From: Scyliorhinus canicula
Lineage: Eukaryota
Assembly: GCF_902713615.1 (NCBI RefSeq)
Contig: NW_024055453.1
Coordinates: 1-64,000, forward strand
Length of the DNA stretch: 64,000 nt
Direction of reading: 5' to 3'
Below are positions 37,661 to 49,944 of the stretch, piece after piece. The translations under genes were made by a program, and so were the position numbers. Under the pieces are notes generated by a model, which searched no databases, had not been told where the DNA came from, and saw only the letters and a list, made by a program, of their open reading frames with translations. The stretch's first letter is position 1. The number at the start of each line of letters is the position of its first letter.

Positions 37661-38615
37661 GCTACACCTGTGGCGGGAGAAACAGATTTGTAAACACTTT
37701 GTGGATCCGCAAACCCGTCACCATCATTGTCAGCTCCCTGGTTTGCAGCTGCGGAGCTTCTCCCTCCCTCCCGGGAACAGGCCCAGGTTAACGGGCACCA
37801 TCCTGCTTCACACACTGGGGGATGGTTCACATCACAGGATGGGGGAGGGGGGATAATAAATAAGAGCTGACACTTTGCACTCAAATCAATGAGGACTCTG
37901 ATCTCTGACAAGGAAGGAAACCCTGGCAGGTGGGCGGGGAGGATTAACAAACATCCGCTGGAGGCCCCAAACCCCCAATAAGACCCATTGATTTTATTGT
38001 CAGTCTGCAGACAGGAGCTGGAGAACTGAACCCAGGCAGAGGAGAGGGAGGGAGAAAACTGGGAGTGGAAGAAAGAAATGGTGCAGATGGTGAGATGGGT
38101 TTGGATTTCAGCCCAGGGAGGAGGGAGAGTGTGTGGGACGAGGATTGACAGCTTCGGGGAATGGAGAGGAAAAAATGTTCCCGAGAAACTAGAATTGTCT
38201 GTTCAGAATTTATATGCTCCACTGACAGTGATGATCTTTGTAAATTCCTTTTACAGGATATTAGAAAGGAGGATTTACAGATGTGAGACTGAAACCAAAC
38301 ATCATCTGACAGTCACTCAATTCATCAGGACCTGAAAATCCTCAGACTTTGAATGTTGAAGGAGAAACGTTTGTCTCTTCTGTCTGTGAGAAACAATGTT
38401 AAACATCAGTGTGACTGGAAAGATATCGAGACCCACACAACACACACCCGAGTGAGAGCGTTCAGTGAATTGACTGCGGAAAGAGCTTCAACCAGTTACA
38501 CAGCCTGAAGAAACATCAAGACATTCACAGCGAGGAGAAACTGTACACGTGTCCTGTATGTGAAGAAGACTTCAACTGATCATCCAACTTGGAGAGACAC
38601 AAGGACACTGGCACC

Positions 38616-39539
38616 ATGGAGAAACCATGGAAATGTGAGGACTGTGGGAAGGGATTCAGTTATCCTTCCCTGCTGGAAAACCATCGGCGCAGTCACACTA
38701 GGGAGAGGCCGTTCACCTGCTCTGTGTGTGGGGAGGGATTCATTCAGTCATCTGGCCTTTGGTCTCACCAGCGGATTCACACTGAGGAAAAGCTATTCAT
38801 CTGCACCTCCTGTGGAAAGAGGTTCAGGCATTCTTCAGCACTCACTGTACATCAACGCACTCACACTGGGGAGAAGCCGTTCGTCTGCTCCGAGTGTGGG
38901 AAGGGATTCACTCAGTCATTTCACCTGCTGTCACACCAGCGTGTTCATAGAGGTGAGAGGCCGTTCACCTGCTCTGTGTGTGGGAAGGGATTCACTGGAT
39001 CATCCCACTTGCTGTCACACCAGCGAGTTCACATTAAGGAGAAACCATTCAGCTGCACTTCCTGTGGAAAGAGTTTCAGACAGGCATCCTCCCTCATTGT
39101 ACACCAGCGGCTCCATACTACGGAAAGACCGTTTACTTGCTTTGTGTGTGGGAAAGGATTCACAGTTTTACCCACCCTTCTGAGACACCAGCGAATTCAC
39201 ACTGAAGAGAAACCATTCAGCTGCACCTCCTGTGGAATGAGTTTCAGGCAGTCATCCAACCTCACTGCTCACCAACGCACTCACACTGCGGAGAGACCAT
39301 TCACATGCTCCGTGTGTGGGAAGGGATTCAATCGGTCGTCCAACCTCACTGCTCACCATCGCACTCACACTGGGGAGAAACCGTTTACCTGCTCAGTGTG
39401 TGGGAAGGGATTCGCAAAATCTTTCAACTTGCTGGCACACCAACGCACTCACACTAAGAAACCATTCAATTGCTGTGTGTGTGGGAAGGGATTCACTCAG
39501 TCACGATGCCTCCAGAAACATCAGCAAGTTCATCAATGA
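38616..39539 (+). CDS. Intact tandem C2H2 zinc-finger protein (MEKPWKC type; 11 fingers; 307 aa)
   Basis: Uninterrupted ORF; ACCATGG Kozak context. Confidence 0.9.
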   Translation: MEKPWKCEDCGKGFSYPSLLENHRRSHTRERPFTCSVCGEGFIQSSGLWSHQRIHTEEKLFICTSCGKRFRHSSALTVHQRTHTGEKPFVCSECGKGFTQSFHLLSHQRVHRGERPFTCSVCGKGFTGSSHLLSHQRVHIKEKPFSCTSCGKSFRQASSLIVHQRLHTTERPFTCFVCGKGFTVLPTLLRHQRIHTEEKPFSCTSCGMSFRQSSNLTAHQRTHTAERPFTCSVCGKGFNRSSNLTAHHRTHTGEKPFTCSVCGKGFAKSFNLLAHQRTHTKKPFNCCVCGKGFTQSRCLQKHQQVHQ

Positions 39540-39874
39540 CTGCAGGGGTTGGATTCTGCTGTTGTTTAGTTTTGATCATCTGACAATATTTTCTGCTGAT
39601 GTTAACCCCATAACTGCTGAAACTTAATAAGCTGAAAATTGCATGTATTTTTGGGGCTACAGTGTCTATTGTTAAAAGCACCATCTGTGTTCTTTCCCCT
39701 TAATCCAGGAATTCTCAGCAGAAACATGTTTAGAATAAATTTCTGAACTTTTGCTTCAATTCTGGATCAATCTTTGGTGCATAATCTCCAATTCAGTATC
39801 TGAAAGATCTGACTGCAGGGCTTAAAATATATTTTTTTCAATGACTCTTCTTGAGATTTTCTCGCGAGATGCTC

Positions 39875-40048
39875 AATGAAATGAAAATCGCTTTTTCTCA
39901 CAAGTAGGCTTCAAATGAAGTTACTGTGAAAAGCCCCTAGTCGCCACATAGTGGCGCCTGTTCGGGGAAGCTGGTACGGGAATTGAACCGTGATGCTGGC
40001 CTGCCTTGGTCTGCTTTAAAAGCCAGCGATTTATCCCTGTGTGCTAAC
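39875..40048 (-). mobile_element. Short (TTTCA)n-tail SINE
   Basis: Multi-copy family. Confidence 0.85.
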
Positions 40049-40831
40049 CTGATTTTCAGGAGTTAAATTTAGGTTTCCAGGATCTTCTTTTCCACTCTGA
40101 CACCTTTATTAAGTGATGTAGTCACGTAATCACATTACCGTCTGTATTTGTGTTGAGTATTTTTTGAGTTTACTTATTTTTGTGGATAAGATAGCACAAA
40201 TACTAAAGACTGTGTACATATTAAACCTTTTAAATTGGAATCTGTAAATAAGATGTTTTTGTTAATTTATTTAAAAAGGAAAACCCCCTTACTCCATTTC
40301 CAAAATGAGAATTCAAACTATTTGACTCAAGGTAACTGAACAGGTGCCGAGTGTTTATTGGATCAGACGGTGGAGCAGGAAAAACTCACCCGATTCTGAT
40401 CTTCATTGTGTGGATTTACATTCAAAACCCATCGATAATCTCACTACACCCACTGAGATCAGCTACTCTTCCTTTGGATGCTCTCATGCTAGAACTTTTG
40501 CGGTCCTTTTGAGGATGAAATCATGCTTCACACCTGGTTCTGAAATACTATCACTCTGGGTGTAAGGCTTCCTGGGATAAAACATAGTTCTACATCTTGT
40601 CACCTAACACAAATTCATATCGTCACCCGAGTCCCAGATTTAAATGTGATTGTCCAGTCCAGAAAACATATAGAAATTGACCCCGTTAAATCTGATTCAA
40701 CAAGCTACAACAGATAGTTTGTGTTGTTCACAATGATGACAGTATCAACTTTCTCCCTAACCTAGCCTAACCCTTCTGCTGACCAGGGAGACTCCTTGTT
40801 CAGATGGTGACATTTCCTGTCTGCCCAGTTA

Positions 40832-41168
40832 GAGAATCATAGAATTTACAGTGCAGAAGGGAGACCATTTGGTCCATTGCGTCTGTACTGGCCCTTGGAA
40901 AGAGCACTCTACTTAAGCCCACACTTCCACCCCATCCCAGTAACCCCACCTACCCTTTTTTTGGACACTAAGGGCAATTTATCATGGCCGATCCACCTAA
41001 CCGGTACATCTTTGGACTATGGGAGGAAACCAGAGCCCCCAGAGGAAACCCACGCAGACACGGGGAGAACGTGCAAACTCCGCACAGACAGTGACCCAAG
41101 TCGGGAATCAAACCTGGGATCCTGGAGTTGTGAAGTGACAGCGCTAACCACTTTGCTACCGTGCAGCC
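40832..41168 (-). mobile_element. V-SINE with CR1-type tail
   Basis: Reverse-complement V-SINE. Confidence 0.85.
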
Positions 41169-41589
41169 CATATTCCTTTAAGCCCTTGAATTGTTTGTGA
41201 ATTGTGTCACGTGTAGACCTGACTGGGTAAGGATGGCAGTTTTCCTTCCCAAAAGGACATGAGAACCAGATGTGTTTTTACGACAATTGATCCATGATCA
41301 CAATATTTTTATTGAAATCAAATTCAGCCGTGGTAGGATTCAAACTCCGGTACCATTATAATAAAAAAAGATGATTTGTGGCATTAACTCAGCGGGTCTG
41401 GCAGTATCTGTGGAGAGAGAAAAATAATGAACGTTTTGAATCTCCTTCAGTACTTTCTGATTTTATTAGATTTCCAGCATCTGCAGTATTTTGCTTTTAT
41501 TATCCCAAAATCATGTCCCTGGCTGTCTGGATTGCTTGTTCACTGCCTCCCCGGGGAGGCTGCTCCCTAAGAGTCTGCTGCCCTTGTCT

Positions 41590-41708
41590 TTCACCTGAGG
41601 AAGGAGCAGTGCTGCAAAAGCTAGTGATTTGAAACAAACCTGTTGGACTTTAACCTGGTGTTGTAAGACTTCTTACTGTGCTCACCCCAGTCCAACTCCG
41701 TCACATCT
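41590..41708 (+). mobile_element. Penelope-type terminal repeat with decayed hammerhead
   Basis: tcacCTGAGGAaggagcagtgctgcAAAAgctagtga...; G12 of GAAA mutated. Confidence 0.7.
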
Positions 41709-41894
41709 TGTCTTTACAGACGGTGGTGGCCTGGGTTTGGAAGCTCCTGTCTGGTGACTTGCCTCATTTCAGTGACAAATGTTGAAACGTTTTCTCCAGA
41801 CCCACAGGGTTTCATCTGTTTAAAGCCACAAACAGAAAGGTCCAGTTTTCTCTTGGAGTTTGAGACAAATCAGCTTCAAAATGATGCAGAGTGT

Positions 41895-42520
41895 CAGCCA
41901 ATGAGAGAGATCCGGACTCAGCCCCGCCCCTCATTCACTCTGATTGGTTGGAGGGTCAGCCGCTCCCGCTCAGTCCTCCAGATTCTTCCCATTGGTCCGG
42001 AGCTGCCGTCACTCACTTACCGATATTGTGATCTGGCGCATGGGCAATGCAGTTGCTTGATTTTAGTGCGCAGGTGCAGTTTGGAGCAAGGGTGACGTCG
42101 GCGCTTGTTTGTCCCGGAGAAGCGGAGTCAGCGTCAGGCGGGGGATGGGAGGATTTGGAAACCCTTTGTGGATTGACCAATAAGAGTAGAAGCTGTACCG
42201 GAGGACCGGCCGAGAGCGGCTGGTCCTCGAACCAATCAGAGTGAATGAGGGGCGGGGCCGGGCTGTGATTCAAGCATGCGCAGTGTGGGTAATGGTGATG
42301 GACAGCGGCTCCCAGTTCAGATTGACGGGGCGGAGGGAGCGAAGAAGCCGCGCGGTGGGCGGAAACGCTCCGTGAAAATGTTGTGTGAGCCGCAAATCTG
42401 GGAAAAGAGGTTACAGGACCCAATTTGTACCGAGCGGAGTTGCAGCTCCTCATGTTCGGTCTGGGCGAACGGCGGGGTGTAGCGCACCAGGGCGCATGCG
42501 GAGCCACCATCTTTATAGGG
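41895..42520. promoter_or_regulatory. CpG-rich promoter with back-to-back copies of the ZNF promoter module
   Basis: Module on - (41920-42050) and + (42176-42290); NRF1 motifs at ~42275 and ~42492. Confidence 0.65.
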
Positions 42521-42650
42521 GGTGCTATCCACAATGCTACCATGCTGCCCCTTTTGGGATGTTTTGAAGAAGGAGAATGTTTTGGGAGGAGCCAAAAAGA
42601 ACATGCTGGAAACTCTCAGCAGGTCTGCCAGCATCTGTAGGGAGAGAAGA

Positions 42651-42975
42651 GGGCAGCACGGTAGCACAAGTGGATAGCACTGTGGCTTCACAACACCAGG
42701 ATCCCAGGTTTGATTCCCTGCTGGGTCACTGTCTGTTCGGAGTCTGCACGTTCTCCCCGTGTCTGCGTGGGTTTTGTCCGGGTGCTCCGGTTTCCTCCCA
42801 CAGTCCAAAGACGCGCAGGTTAGGTGGATTGGCCATGAAAAATTGCCTTTAGTGACCAAAAAGGTTCAGAGGGGTTATTGGGTTACGGGAATAGGGTGGA
42901 AGGGAGGGTTTAAGTGGGTCGGTGCAGACTCGATTGGCTGAATGGCATCCTCCTGAACTGTATGTTCTATGTTCT
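42651..42975 (+). mobile_element. V-SINE, CR1-type tail
   Basis: Full head, core and tail. Confidence 0.85.
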
Positions 42976-44662
42976 AAACGAGCTAATGTTTTGAGTGGCC
43001 ATTTGGACTCAAAACGTCAGCTCTTTTCTCTCCCTACAGATGCTGCCAGATATGCTGAGAATTTCCAGCATTTTCTTTTTGGTTTCAGATTCCAGCATCC
43101 GCAGTAATTTGATTTTATCCAATGGTTTGGGAAGGGTTTGTTACCCAAGACAACCATCAAACCTTTGAGTCCCAATGTCTTATTGTTGAGGCAGAGATGG
43201 AAAAGAAGAGAAAGACGTTCTGCTTTTCAGTTCTCACTACCTCTTGGAACATCCTCCTCCATGTGTCTAAAGATCTACGACCGTGTCCAGTCATATCAAG
43301 AACCACCTCAGAAACTCACAACCTTGAGTAAAGGTCATCCTGAAATTGAGGTATGGCTGATGACAACGAGGGTAAAGTGCAGCAGGGTGTATGAGCTGTC
43401 ATCCTGGCCCAGGGAGCAGGAGGGGAGAATGTAGTGAATTTCTATCCTGGACTGACAATGATGAATTTTGAAAACTCCTTTTACAGGTGGTTAGAAAGGG
43501 AGGATTTACACAAAGCAAACTCAAACCAACAATAGGTTTATTTTTTTCCTGAATTTCGATTTTGGACTGACAGATGGCTTTTGTTACTTTCATTTTCAGG
43601 GTATTAGAAAAGGATTTGCAGGCAGGAAACGTAAAGAAAACCTGACATCAAACTCTGACAGCATCAGGTCCTGGATATTATCGCACTTTCAGCGTAAGCA
43701 TTGAGTTCCAAGTCATTACCACTCACTGTAAAATTTCTTCCTCATATCGCCCTGTAGATCTTGCTCCAAATCTTAAATCTGTGTCCTGGAATCCTTTTTA
43801 CAATCAGCTAGTAGGAGCAACGTTTCTTTAGCTACTTTACTGAGACCAATCAGAAACTTGAACACCTCTATCATTCTCCTTTGCTCCAAGAAGAACAACT
43901 GCAGTTTCTCCAAATTAACATTGCAACTAAAATCCCTCATTCCTGGAACTACTCTGGTAAGTCTCCCCTGCACTCTCTCGAGGACCATCACATCCTCCAT
44001 AATGTGTGGTGACCACTGGTTTGCACAGATCCAGATGCTCTGTCTTCCTGTCTGTGATGTCATCACGCACCTCCAATTCTCTCTCTTTCTCTCGCTCTCT
44101 CCCCCTCCCCCACCCCACTCTGGAAAACCAAGATTGACATCAAAATCTGGCAGTCACTCAGTTCATCGGGACCTGAATGTAAGTATTTATGTTTGATCTG
44201 CGGTTCAAGAATTAAACTCCTGTGTAGCTGGAAATAGTGAAGAGCAAAATTTGCAAACAGGGATGTGAATGTTTCATTCAGATGTTGCTTAGCCGAGTTC
44301 CAATGTAGGTCAGTGAGCACAGGGGTGATGAGTGAGTGAGTGGGACTCAAGTTTGGCAGCTTCCCTTCCCTGAAGGACATCTGTGAACCAGTTGAGTTTT
44401 TACAACAATCCAGCAGTTTTCATGGTCACTTTTCCCAGTGTCGGCCCCACAAATGACCAGATTCATTCAGCTCAATTTCACAACCTGCCTTTGTGTTTTT
44501 GTCGTTCTCTCTCACTCCTTATTTTCTGTTTTCAATCAATTTCACAGGAGGTTCAAAGGATTTGCATTTGGGGAAACTCAAACCAACATCACATCAAGAT
44601 CACACGGAGCCTCACAATTTACCATCGCCCATATATCATCGGAACATCATCAAAGTTTACAA

Positions 44663-45229
44663 ATGAAAGGAAAAAGTATCATTAACAGTGGGGAAAAACC
44701 GTACACATGTTCTGTGTGTGGACGAGGATTCAGCCGATCATCTGACCTGTCAAAACACAAGTGTAGTCAGACTGGGGAGAAATCGTGGAACTGTGAGGAC
44801 TGTGGGAAGGGATTCAGTTACCCATCTCGCCTGAAACTTCATCGGCGCCATCACACAGGAGAGAGGCCGTTCACCTGCACTGTGTGTGCAAAGGGATTTG
44901 CTGATTCATCCAATTTACGGCAACACCAGCGGGTTCACAATGGGGAGAGACCGTTCACCTGCTCCAAGTGTGGGAAGGGATTCACCACTTCATCCCACCT
45001 GCTGACACACCAACGGGTTCACACTGGGAAGAAACCATTCACCTGCTCTCAGTGTGGGAAGGGATTCACACAGTCATCCACCCTGAAGACACACCAGCGA
45101 CTTCACACTGGGGAGAGACCATTCACCTGCTCTGTGTGTAAAAAGGGATTTGCTGATTCATCCAACTTACGGCAACACCAGCGGGTTCACAATGGGGAGA
45201 GACCGTTCACCTGCATTGCGTCTAAATAG
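44663..45229 (+). CDS. C2H2 ZNF (MKGKS type), ~6 fingers, followed by decayed fingers to ~45650
   Basis: ORF 44438-45229; downstream finger repeats carry stops and frameshifts. Confidence 0.75.
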   Translation: MKGKSIINSGEKPYTCSVCGRGFSRSSDLSKHKCSQTGEKSWNCEDCGKGFSYPSRLKLHRRHHTGERPFTCTVCAKGFADSSNLRQHQRVHNGERPFTCSKCGKGFTTSSHLLTHQRVHTGKKPFTCSQCGKGFTQSSTLKTHQRLHTGERPFTCSVCKKGFADSSNLRQHQRVHNGERPFTCIASK

Positions 45230-45804
45230 GGATTTGCTGATTCATTCACACTCCAGAAACAACAGCGGAGTCACACCAGGGCGAGACCATTTACCTGCTC
45301 TGAGTGTGGGAAGGAATTCACTCAGTCATTAAACCAACAGAAACACCAGCGGATTCACACTGAGGAGAGACCATTCACCTGCTCTGTGTATAAAATGGGA
45401 TTTGCTAATTCATAAACTCAGAAACACTAGCGTGTTCAATCGGGGGGGAAAAACGTGGAAATGTCGGGATTGTGGGCAAAGGTACAGTTGGAAATTCATC
45501 AGCGCATTCAGACTGGGGAGTGACCATTTTTATGTTCTGTTTGTGGGAAGCGATTGACTAGTTACCCACCCGGCTGACACACTGGTGAGTTCACTCTGGG
45601 GATTCCGTCAATAATCGAACCTGCGGAAACACCAGCCAGTTCACAAATAACAATGATTGGATTTTGTTGGGAATGACATTCATGTCTAAACCATATTCAT
45701 TGGAGTCTGTTTTGCTGATGTTGATAAACTTCAGCTAAGTTATATATTCTGGATAAAAATCAAACATCTGTTTTGTGTTAAATGTAGTCTGTTGATTTTT
45801 TTAT

Positions 45805-46026
45805 GATGTGGAGATGCCGGCGTTGGACTGGGGTGAGCACAGTAAGAAGTCTTACAACACCAGGTTAAAGTCCAACAGGTTTGATTCAAACACGAGCTTT
45901 CGGAGCACAGCTCCTTCCTCAGGTGAATGAGGAATTCACCTCATTCCATTCACCTGAGGAAGGAGCTGCGCTCCGAAAGCTCGTGTTTGAATCAAACCTG
46001 TTGGACTTTAACCTGGTGTTGTAAGA
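45805..46026. mobile_element. Fold-back Penelope-terminus element with 80-bp inverted arms
   Basis: 45850-45929 is the reverse complement of 45947-46026 (1 mismatch), 17-nt spacer. Confidence 0.85.
45950..45986 (+). ncRNA. Minimal type I hammerhead ribozyme motif (mirror copy on - strand at ~45890-45926)
   Basis: cac-CTGAGGA-A-GGAGC-tgc-GCTCC-GAAA-GC-TC-gtg: complete core, stem II, palindromic AGCU stem III. Confidence 0.7.
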
Positions 46027-46157
46027 GTTTTTTTATATCTTTGACACGCGAGTTTCTTTGAAGGCCTCCCTCAAGCTGTCTGCCGTCTCCACCTCTCGAC
46101 ACTGATCAAAGATACTTGTTAAAATCTCCCTCTCCATTCAAGATTGTATCCATTTAA

Positions 46158-46370
46158 GGGCAGCACGGTGGCACAACGGTTAGCACTCTGCCTCAGAGCG
46201 CCAAGGTCCCAGGTTCGATCCTGGCTCTGGGTCTCTGTCCGTGTGGAGTCTGTACACTCTGTCTTTGCATTGGCTTCGCCCCCACACCCCAAAGATGTGC
46301 AGGGTCGGTGGATTTGCCACGTTGAATTGCTCCTTATTTCGAAAAAAATTAATTGGGTACACTAAATTTA
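46158..46370 (+). mobile_element. V-SINE short A-tail variant
   Basis: Multi-copy family. Confidence 0.8.
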
Positions 46371-46479
46371 TATATATATAAAAATATTTTGTCCATTTAC
46401 CCTAATAACAGCCGACGTGACTCAATGTCATTTTCTTCTTTCTGATACTTCGGAAGCACCGAGGGATGTTTTATTACAT

Positions 46480-47290
46480 TAAGACCATAAAAGAAGGAGC
46501 AGAATAAGGCCATTCAGCCTATCCAGTCTCCTCTACTATTCAATCATGGCTGATCTTTTTCTCATCCCCAGTCTCCTGCCTTTTCCCCATAACCCCTGAT
46601 CCCCTTATTAATCAGGAACCTATCTATCTCTGTCTTAAAGTCACTCAGTGACTTGGCCTCCACAGCCTTCTGCGGCAAAGAGTTCCACAGATTCACCCCC
46701 CTCTGGCTGAAGAAATTCCTCCTCATCTCTTTTAAAGGATCGTCCCTTCAGTCTGAGGCAGTCATCTCTGGATCTAGTTTCTCCTACTAGTGGAAACACC
46801 CTCTCCACGTACACTCTTTCTCGGCTGCTCAGTATTCTGTAAGACTCATCCTTCTAAACTCCATCGAGTACAGACCCCAAATCCTCAACTGCTCCTTATG
46901 TGACAAATTCTTCATTCCAGGGATCATTCCTGTGAACCTCCTCTGGACCCATTCGAAGGCCAGCACTTCCTTCTTTAGATATGGGGCCAGAACTGCTCAC
47001 AATATTATAAATGGGGTCTGACCAGAGCCATATACAGCCTCAACATTACATCCCTGCTCTTGTATTCGAGCTCTCTCGACATGCGTGCTAACATTGCATT
47101 TGCCTTCCTCACTGCCAAGTGAACCTGCATGTTAACCTAGAGAATCCTGAACTAGACCTTCAAACTCCCTTTGTGCTTCTGATTTCGAAGCCTTTGTAGA
47201 AAATAGTTTATGCCCGTATTCTTCCTTCCAAAGTGCACAATCTCACACTTTTACACTTCTGCAGCCTCCCTGCTTCCTCAACACTACCTA
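46480..47290 (-). mobile_element. CR1 LINE 3' fragment
   Basis: Reverse-complement CR1 ORF2 C-terminus and tail. Confidence 0.85.
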
Positions 47291-47476
47291 GCCCTCTGAT
47301 TGGCTAATGAGGAGAATGGGGATGAGAAACATATTAGCCACGATTCAATGGCAGAGCAGACCCGATGGGTTAAATGGCCTAATTCTGCTCCTATATCTTA
47401 TGGTCTGGATGGTGTATCGCCACCAATGTTATCTTCCGAAAATGCATCTTTGCTTATTTTCAGCTTTTGAATCCAG

Positions 47477-47657
47477 GAGTTGGTTTAGCACAGGGCTAAA
47501 GAGCTGGCTTTTAAAGCCGACCAAGGCAGGCCAGCATCACGGTTCAATTCCCATACAAGCCTCTCCGAACAGGCGCCGGAATGTGGCGACCAAGGGCTTT
47601 TCACAATATCTTCATTTGAAGCCTACATGTGACAATAAGCGATTTTTATTTCATTTC
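47477..47657 (+). mobile_element. Short (TTTCA)n-tail SINE
   Basis: Multi-copy family. Confidence 0.8.
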
Positions 47658-48397
47658 AGGCTCCTCAACCTGCCTGTACTGCACCACTGAACCCACAATC
47701 TGCAACTGAGCTCTGAGGGCTTTCTTTGTCCTTTTATACGATTCTACTCAGTTTCAGTCTTAGATTCCTTGGCAGCTGAGAGTCAGTTTCTTTTCTCCGT
47801 TTCCCTTTTCAATGAGTGTCTGTCTCTAAAAATACAAGATTCCAAAACACACCTCTTGGCTTGAACCATCACATCAGCACTTGGAGTGAATGACTGGGCT
47901 GAGGTCTATCTTGGATAAAAACACAAGGATCACTTGTCATCACAGAATCCTAAAAGTTTCCAGCACAGAGGAGGCCATTCAGCCCACCATGTTTGTACTG
48001 GCTGAGAATGAGCTATTCCCTATAATATGGTGACCAGAACTATACTTCATACTCTAGCTGTGCTAAACTGGTGTTTATTAGGTCCAGAATAACCACCCTC
48101 CCGCCTCTCATTGACTTCAGTGTGATGGAAATCGACAGTTGGAACCTGCCAACATTTGACAGATATTTACAAATTATTTGCGGGTTTCTTACAATCGGGA
48201 CTTTTCTCTGTTCAATTCCCTCAATGTGTTCGATAACAGACTGACTTTCCCCTGTGAATATCCAGCTGGAGAATTGGGCCCTGATGAACACATCCTTCTT
48301 CATCTTGTTGACTCTAAATATTGAATCCTGTGGTTTCAGATACCAGATAATATAGAGCTTGGGGCGAAAGGGATCAAAGGATATGAGGGAAAAGCAG

Positions 48398-48893
48398 AGG
48401 CGAAAGAGGCCGGTGTTCTGGCCTTTGCGTCCCTAGTAGCCCGGCGGAGGATCTTGCTCCACTGGAAGGATGCGAGGCCCCCAAGCGTGGAGGCCTGGAT
48501 CAATGATATGACGGGGTTCATTAAATTGGAGAAGGTGAAATTTGCCCTGAGGGGATCAGTACAAGGGTTCTTTAGGCGGTGGCAGCCTTTCCTAGACTTC
48601 CCGGCGGAACGGTAGGGAAATAGGCCAGCAGCAGCAGCAACCCGGGGAGGGAGGGGGGGGTTTGGATTGGTTGGAGGGAGAACTGTGTACATGGGTTTGG
48701 GGGATGTGCCGGGTGTTATCTCTTTCCCTTTTGTTGTTTGGGTGTTCTTTTGTGTTTTTTTTCCTTTTGTTTGTAGTTGTTTTTGAAGTTAGGTGGGTGT
48801 TGTTCTTGGGGTGTTACTGCGGTTGTTTTGTTAATAGAGTTGAGATGTTTATATTTTGTAAAAATTTCAATAAAAATTATTTTTTTTTAAAAA
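48398..48893 (+). mobile_element. 5'-truncated L1 (ORF2 C-terminus, 3' UTR) inserted in a CR1 tail
   Basis: AFASLVARRRILLHWK...FFRRWQPFLDF; AATAAA and A/T tail; 13-bp TSD gagggaaaagcag. Confidence 0.85.
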
Positions 48894-49944
48894 GAGGGAA
48901 AAGCAGGAATCGGTTACTGAATTGGGAGATCAGCCATGATCATCATGAATGAGGCAGCAGGCTCGAAGGGCGAAATGGCCACTCCTTCAATTTTCTATAT
49001 TTCTATCATCAAGCTCCCAACAACAGATTGTCTTTTGCTGACTTCATTAACAGCTCTGCAATAATACAGACAGAGTACAGTGATCCCATCCGGAGAACAG
49101 GGATAATGTTGGGGTCAACTCCTCATTGTTCGAGTATGCCCAAGCTGACATTAATTACATTGGTTTCTGTGGATCCTATTGTGACTGAGGGTCTGATGTG
49201 GGACGACATGGACGTCCACAGAACTGGCAGTTTATGTTGTTGTTGGTGCTCAGGGGGAACCTTTGTAGCTGCTCCACCTCTGGTCTTTGTCTGGGAATGT
49301 CAGATGTTATGAGTTTGTTGTTGATGGTCCTTGAAACAAACTGAACCAATTTCAGTCTTGCTTCCACATGGACCGGTCGATTGCAGTCTTTTCCCAGAGA
49401 GGTGGTCTGCAGTGCAGACGTTTGTAAGGATCCTATTTTGGATATCCTTGTATCATTTGTACTGACCACTGTGATGTTGTGTGCCCTGAGACAATCCCCA
49501 TTGAAGGTCTGCTTGGGGATTTTATAGTCATACATGTGAGAGATATGACCTGGCTGCCAAGTTCAATGTTCTGGAGGATGGTCTCTATGCTGTTGAGCCC
49601 AGCACAATGGGGAACCTGGTTGTTTTGAGATTTTTCTCCTGCTATTGAATTTTTATGATGGTCCTCAGGAGTCTTTGCTGGAAGAGTTCCAGAGCTGTGG
49701 ATTCAGAGCTCGATTCCACAGGATATACAGCACAGCAACCGACCATTCAGCCCATCCAGTCCCTGCTGGAGTTTCTGCTCCGCTCAAGCTTCCTCCCATC
49801 TTTCCACATCTAAATCTCCCATTGTAATCCTCTATTCCCTTCTCCCTCTTGTGTTTGTCTAGTTTCCCCTTCAACACATCTATTCACTTCACCCACTCGC
49901 TGTGGTAGTGAGCTGATTCTCACCATTAGTAGAATGAATCCTGA

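Noticed and set aside
38400-38616. Calling the ZNFs selenoproteins from TGA at a Cys position
   Set aside because: An in-frame TAA (38400), frameshifts in other paralogues and no SECIS recognised; kept only as a low-probability test
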